A stretch of DNA of 54,284 nucleotides from NCBI GenBank assembly GCA_004294845.1, contig SHOH01000004.1, forward strand, positions 1 through 54,284, given 5' to 3'. The notes beneath the pieces were generated by a model, which worked only from the letters and a program-made list of their open reading frames with translations, was not told the DNA's origin and searched no databases. Every line of letters starts with the position of its first letter. The first letter of the stretch is position 1. Positions 50,479 to 54,284 of this stretch are shown in pieces. A program made the translations under genes and the position numbers. The DNA comes from Anaerolineaceae bacterium (GTDB lineage Bacteria; Bacillota; Clostridia; Lachnospirales; Lachnospiraceae).

Positions 50479-51441
50479 CTACCATAAGGAATAATCAGTA
50501 GTCTTCTGTGCAATTTTATTAGTTATATAAACCAAAATAAAACCGAGAACAGTCTGTATTAAGCTAACAGCAGTTGAATAGGAATATAATCCCATGGATA
50601 ATCCCATTTTATATATATAGGTTTCTATAACCTCCGCTACATTGCTTGTGGTCGCATTCCCCAGCATATATGAAGCGTCAAAGCTGGCTGAAAATAGTCC
50701 GGACATATTTGTTATCCATAACACCATGACAGTGGGTAATAGATTTGGAAGAGTAATATAAAAGATTCGTTTTATTCTACCACATCCATCAATCGCAGCC
50801 GCTTCATACTGACCCTGATCAATCCCGGCCAATGCAGCGAGATATATAATTGCTCCCCAACCAACTTCCTTCCAAACCCTTACGAAGGTCGCCAAGAGCC
50901 AAAATAGTGAGGGCTCCTGCCAGAACTTAATAGCCGTTGATATAACACCCATATTTCTAAGTGCCTCATTTATAGGACCGTTGCTGCTGAGTAATTCCAA
51001 GAAAATATTTGCCACAACCACGAAAGAAACAAAGTGAGGTAAATAAGTTATAGTTTGTATTGTTCTCTTAAATACTTTGTGGGATATCTCATTTATCATT
51101 AAAGCAAGGATGATCGGAAAAGTATTAATGGCCAGCAAATTCAAAGAGCTCATTGCTAAGGTATTACGAACAATTTTCCCTAAATCCGGGTCGGTAAAGA
51201 ACTCTCTAAAATAATGTAAACCCACAAATTCACTACCAAACACTCCTCGTGTCGGTTTGTATTTTACAAATGCCATAAGCCATCCATACAAGGGTCCATA
51301 AAAGAAAATCGCTATATATATAATGCATGGAATTGCTATAAGGAAAAGATATTTTTGGCTGATAATCCTTTGTTTTAGCTTTTTGCCTTTAATTCTATTA
51401 GAATGTGTCATTTGATTATCGTGATCTACAATATTTTTCAA
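50479..51441 (-). CDS. Carbohydrate ABC transporter permease (LplB-like)
   Basis: QTITYLPHFVS.V, WKE.GW..IIYLAAL.GID..QYEAA.IDG. Confidence 0.95.
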   Translation of the reverse strand: MKNIVDHDNQMTHSNRIKGKKLKQRIISQKYLFLIAIPCIIYIAIFFYGPLYGWLMAFVKYKPTRGVFGSEFVGLHYFREFFTDPDLGKIVRNTLAMSSLNLLAINTFPIILALMINEISHKVFKRTIQTITYLPHFVSFVVVANIFLELLSSNGPINEALRNMGVISTAIKFWQEPSLFWLLATFVRVWKEVGWGAIIYLAALAGIDQGQYEAAAIDGCGRIKRIFYITLPNLLPTVMVLWITNMSGLFSASFDASYMLGNATTSNVAEVIETYIYKMGLSMGLYSYSTAVSLIQTVLGFILVYITNKIAQKTTDYSLW

Positions 51442-51455
51442 TTAGCATCTCCTCT

Positions 51456-51797
51456 CTAAAGCTCTACTTCATTTATGAGAATTGTTTCATCAAACTGAAA
51501 TGTCATTAAGGGAGCATGCTGTTGAGCTCCATATACATCCCTATCACCGGATGTTCCGGAAGAAATCTGTCTGTTATATGTAATCTTTATCCCTAGTGCT
51601 TGATCAAAGTATATCAGCTCGGTTATATCTTTTTCCTTAAGGTTATAGGCCTGCGCAATACTTCCTTTGGTTATAATATTAGCCTTCTTAATGGCTTCAT
51701 AAACACTCTTTGAGTTAAATAATATATCCAAGGTTATTGAAAACGGTCCTGCATTTTTACTCCTTATAACTTTTGCCACATCATATAGGTTTTTCAT
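51456..51797 (-). CDS. DUF4387 family protein
   Basis: L.D.AKVIRSKNAGPF..T.DI.F, G..GDRD.YGAQQH.PL; translationally coupled to the upstream gene. Confidence 0.85.
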   Translation of the reverse strand: MKNLYDVAKVIRSKNAGPFSITLDILFNSKSVYEAIKKANIITKGSIAQAYNLKEKDITELIYFDQALGIKITYNRQISSGTSGDRDVYGAQQHAPLMTFQFDETILINEVEL

Positions 51798-53169
51798 TCA
51801 GTTCTCCCTTCCCATAGGTTTTATATATTATTGGAAATAAGGATTTTCCATCAGAAATCTGCATTAAATGATATATACAAAATTCATAAACAGGACCAAA
51901 TGATATATCACTCGGTGCAAACGGAAACGCAAGATTTCCTGCAGTCGTCTTTCTCCCTTCATAATCACAGTGTAAGAAGGTTGATCTCATATATGAACAA
52001 ATTGTATCTGCCAAATCCTGTGTCTTTGCTAATACCTCAAATAACACGCATACTTCATGTCCTTTGAACTCTTGAGTTTCCTGATTTCCCATAACACCAT
52101 TTATACCATAGTTATAGTAATTCATAGTATACTCATCCTCAGGTATCTCATTAAAGTACTCTCTAACTGCATAACTTACTTTATCTTCAATTTCCTGTAA
52201 TCTTGAAATTAATATAGGATCTCTTATCGCACCAATGACTATAGTTCGATATGCTCTCTGCCTTGCTCCTTCTATCTTTACTTTATAATTATCATCAGGA
52301 ATATAGCGGCTTCCTTTAATACGAACAGTTTCTTCATTCTCCTGTAAAAATGTGCACTCTGTCAGATCCAATGTGAAGCCGGGTCCATGTAGAATACAGG
52401 GATTTTCCTTCTCATAAAATGTATGTGCAGCGACACTGGTTACATTGCAGCTTCTTAAAGGATTAAGTGCATTAACAGAAAAAGAATCCTCATATAAGGT
52501 TCCCATAATGCAATCCTTTGTTGTACCGGGTTCTGCGCATAAGGCACCGCATTCCAACACCTTACCCATATGGTAGCTTAATCCAGGTTCGAAACCGGCA
52601 TGTATACCAACTGCAGCAAATATTGATGGATCGTAAGCTCTTCCGCACACTATAATATCTACGTCTTTCTCCAAGGCTTCTATAATTGGTTCATGTCCCA
52701 TCTGTGCCACAATAGAATTAGTTTCAGATAATATATCCTCTGTCAGTGAGGGAATATTTGATCCCATTGAAAATATTCTATTATTATGTATCGCTTGCGT
52801 AACTACCTCTTTATCTATATCTGAATAAATAATCGCAAGTTTAGCGACAATTGAATTTTCCCGCAGTATCTCATATACTATATCTAAAGTCCACTCTACA
52901 TGAACCTTAGCACCTGCACCACCCGCCGAACCAATAATAATCGGAATTCTACTTTTGATACCGTTTGAAATAATTATGCTTAAGTCTTTTTTTACAGCCA
53001 CTTTACTGACGATACTAACACCTTCACCGAGCTTGTGAGGTCCGGCATCAGTAGAACCAGCATCAACTACAATAGCATCAGGCTTCATTTTCATACCGTT
53101 CATAAAGGACTTTTCCGGGAAACCATATCCTAAAATCCCGCAAGGGGATAATATACTACATTTCTTCAC
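51781..53169 (-). CDS. AtuA/DUF1446 family protein
   Basis: SP.G.LGYGF, DAGSTD.GP..LG.G, IGSAGG.G, VAQMG.EP, GRAYDP, H.GK.LECGA.CA, AAH..YEK..P, TAGN.AFP..P; GTG start. Confidence 0.85.
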   Translation of the reverse strand: MKKCSILSPCGILGYGFPEKSFMNGMKMKPDAIVVDAGSTDAGPHKLGEGVSIVSKVAVKKDLSIIISNGIKSRIPIIIGSAGGAGAKVHVEWTLDIVYEILRENSIVAKLAIIYSDIDKEVVTQAIHNNRIFSMGSNIPSLTEDILSETNSIVAQMGHEPIIEALEKDVDIIVCGRAYDPSIFAAVGIHAGFEPGLSYHMGKVLECGALCAEPGTTKDCIMGTLYEDSFSVNALNPLRSCNVTSVAAHTFYEKENPCILHGPGFTLDLTECTFLQENEETVRIKGSRYIPDDNYKVKIEGARQRAYRTIVIGAIRDPILISRLQEIEDKVSYAVREYFNEIPEDEYTMNYYNYGINGVMGNQETQEFKGHEVCVLFEVLAKTQDLADTICSYMRSTFLHCDYEGRKTTAGNLAFPFAPSDISFGPVYEFCIYHLMQISDGKSLFPIIYKTYGKGELNEKPI

Positions 53170-53200
53170 TATATCACCAACCTATTATTATTTATGTCCT

Positions 53201-53245
53201 ATTGTTAGACAATTAAACTTTAACATGTTATTATTTATCTGTCAA
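53201..53245 (-). promoter_or_regulatory. Operon promoter with FadR-type operator
   Basis: TTGACA (53245-53240)-17 bp-TAAAGT; palindrome ATTGT-TAG-ACAAT (53201-53213) at the predicted start site. Confidence 0.7.
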
Positions 53246-53363
53246 TAGGTTCAATTAATTTTATTAATCTTATATTTTAGTGTGCAATTATGCTAATATT
53301 GGATACCTGTTTGATACCCACTTTTATTAGATTAACAAGTTTGTTATTTAATGTATAATCTAA

Positions 53364-53396
53364 TTGTTTGACAAATGTATATATAATTGATACATT
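53364..53396 (+). promoter_or_regulatory. gntR promoter overlapped by a second operator
   Basis: TTGT-TTG-ACAA (53364-53374) overlaps TTGACA-17 bp-TACATT. Confidence 0.65.
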
Positions 53397-53448
53397 ATAG
53401 TTGTTAGCTCTTACAAATATAAATTAGAAAAAACAAGGAGTTGTTATT

Positions 53449-54123
53449 ATGAAGTTTCCGGCAATAGTGAATGAACGATTATCTGATAAAGTCGTAAATA
53501 TGCTTACAGATCAAATTAAATCCGGACAGCTTAAACCTGGTGACAAATTGCCTAACGAACCAGAATTGGCTAATACCCTTCAAGTATCCCGGGGTGTCTT
53601 ACGAGAAGCACTTACTATCTTGCAGGCTCAAAATATTATATATCGGAAGCCTAAGGAAGGGACATTTATTAATACTTTTGCTCCGAGTTTATTAAATGAA
53701 ACCTGGGCAATCTCTATGAAAAAAGCCACCTATCTTGATTTACTGGAGGTTCGAGAATGCATGGAAATTAGAATGATTGAAAAGGTTATTGATCTTGCTA
53801 CAGATTCACAAATAGATGAATTATATGACCTAATTCAACCTGATGCCGGTGTCGGAAAAGATAAAACAGCAGACTATTATTTTCATTATAGACTTGCAGA
53901 ATTTTCTCAAAATACAATTTTTGTCGGATTCATAGATACCTACTACGATATATTCCATGAGATAACTTCATTATCATTAAGTAAAAATCTACGAAAAGAT
54001 TCTATACATAATGAACATAAAGAAATCGTAGATGCTATAAAAGCCAGAGACAAGAATCTGGCAAGAAAAAAAATACGTGGTCACCTACACAATGTTAAAA
54101 TTTCGCTTAAAGAAATCAATTAA
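53449..54123 (+). CDS. GntR/FadR family transcriptional regulator
   Basis: wHTH (LKPGDKLP.E.ELA..L.VSR..LREAL) plus FCD domain (D..FH..L...S.N, EH..I..AI..RD). Confidence 0.95.
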   Translation: MKFPAIVNERLSDKVVNMLTDQIKSGQLKPGDKLPNEPELANTLQVSRGVLREALTILQAQNIIYRKPKEGTFINTFAPSLLNETWAISMKKATYLDLLEVRECMEIRMIEKVIDLATDSQIDELYDLIQPDAGVGKDKTADYYFHYRLAEFSQNTIFVGFIDTYYDIFHEITSLSLSKNLRKDSIHNEHKEIVDAIKARDKNLARKKIRGHLHNVKISLKEIN

Positions 54124-54130
54124 TAAATTA

Positions 54131-54230
54131 GAGGCTTTTGCAAAAAATTAGCAGGAGGTTACTAATATATCTCACACAATTTTGTGTAGTATATATTAGT
54201 AACCTCCTTATGCTATTTTGTAACAACCTC
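54131..54230. mobile_element. 100-bp palindromic MITE-like element / extended terminator
   Basis: Terminal IRs GAGGCTTTTGCAAAA / TTTTGTAACAACCTC (3 mismatches in 15) enclosing a 17-bp stem ggaggttactaatatat/atatattagtaacctcc. Confidence 0.5.
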
Positions 54231-54284
54231 CTAAAAGACAATTTTGGTTTTTTTGATTATCTCAATAAATTCAGCATTTGTCCT

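Overview
Low-GC Firmicute chromosomal window. Gene content and order suggest a cellulolytic Lachnospiraceae/Clostridia (inference; no database search was possible). There are three zones. (1) 1-12.4 kb is accessory DNA stacked downstream of a tRNA-Gln(CTG) gene (12357-12428, minus strand). It holds a MocR/PdxR-type regulator, lipoprotein and FMN-binding protein cassette, and a ~9.4 kb sugar-utilisation island (ABC importer, PdxA2-like dehydrogenase, deleted DUF1537 kinase remnant, YesM/YesN-type two-component system, GH127). Both blocks are bounded by copies of the tRNA 3' end and by a family of modular hairpin repeats. No integrase is in the window. (2) 12.5-41.8 kb is mostly core genes (CDF transporter, Fe-ADH, D,D-carboxypeptidase, infC-rpmI-rplT with L20 leader and AUU start, ECF S component, cellobiose phosphorylase, asd, dusB, coaX, argF, LTA synthase, SPFH/NfeD, trmH-like, prfA, prmC, rpmE). 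It also has several unexplained structured intergenic elements: a 196-nt rod-like hairpin, a candidate riboswitch-like leader on the ECF S gene, and an SD/anti-SD leader on the phosphorylase. (3) 41.9-54.2 kb is a GntR/FadR-controlled operon of unknown function combining an AtuA/DUF1446-DUF4387 pair, a carbohydrate ABC importer, a lipoprotein serine hydrolase, two ADP-ribosylglycohydrolase-family enzymes and a tandem-domain lipoprotein. No CRISPR array, rRNA or intact transposase was seen. Family assignments come from recognised motifs, not HMM searches.
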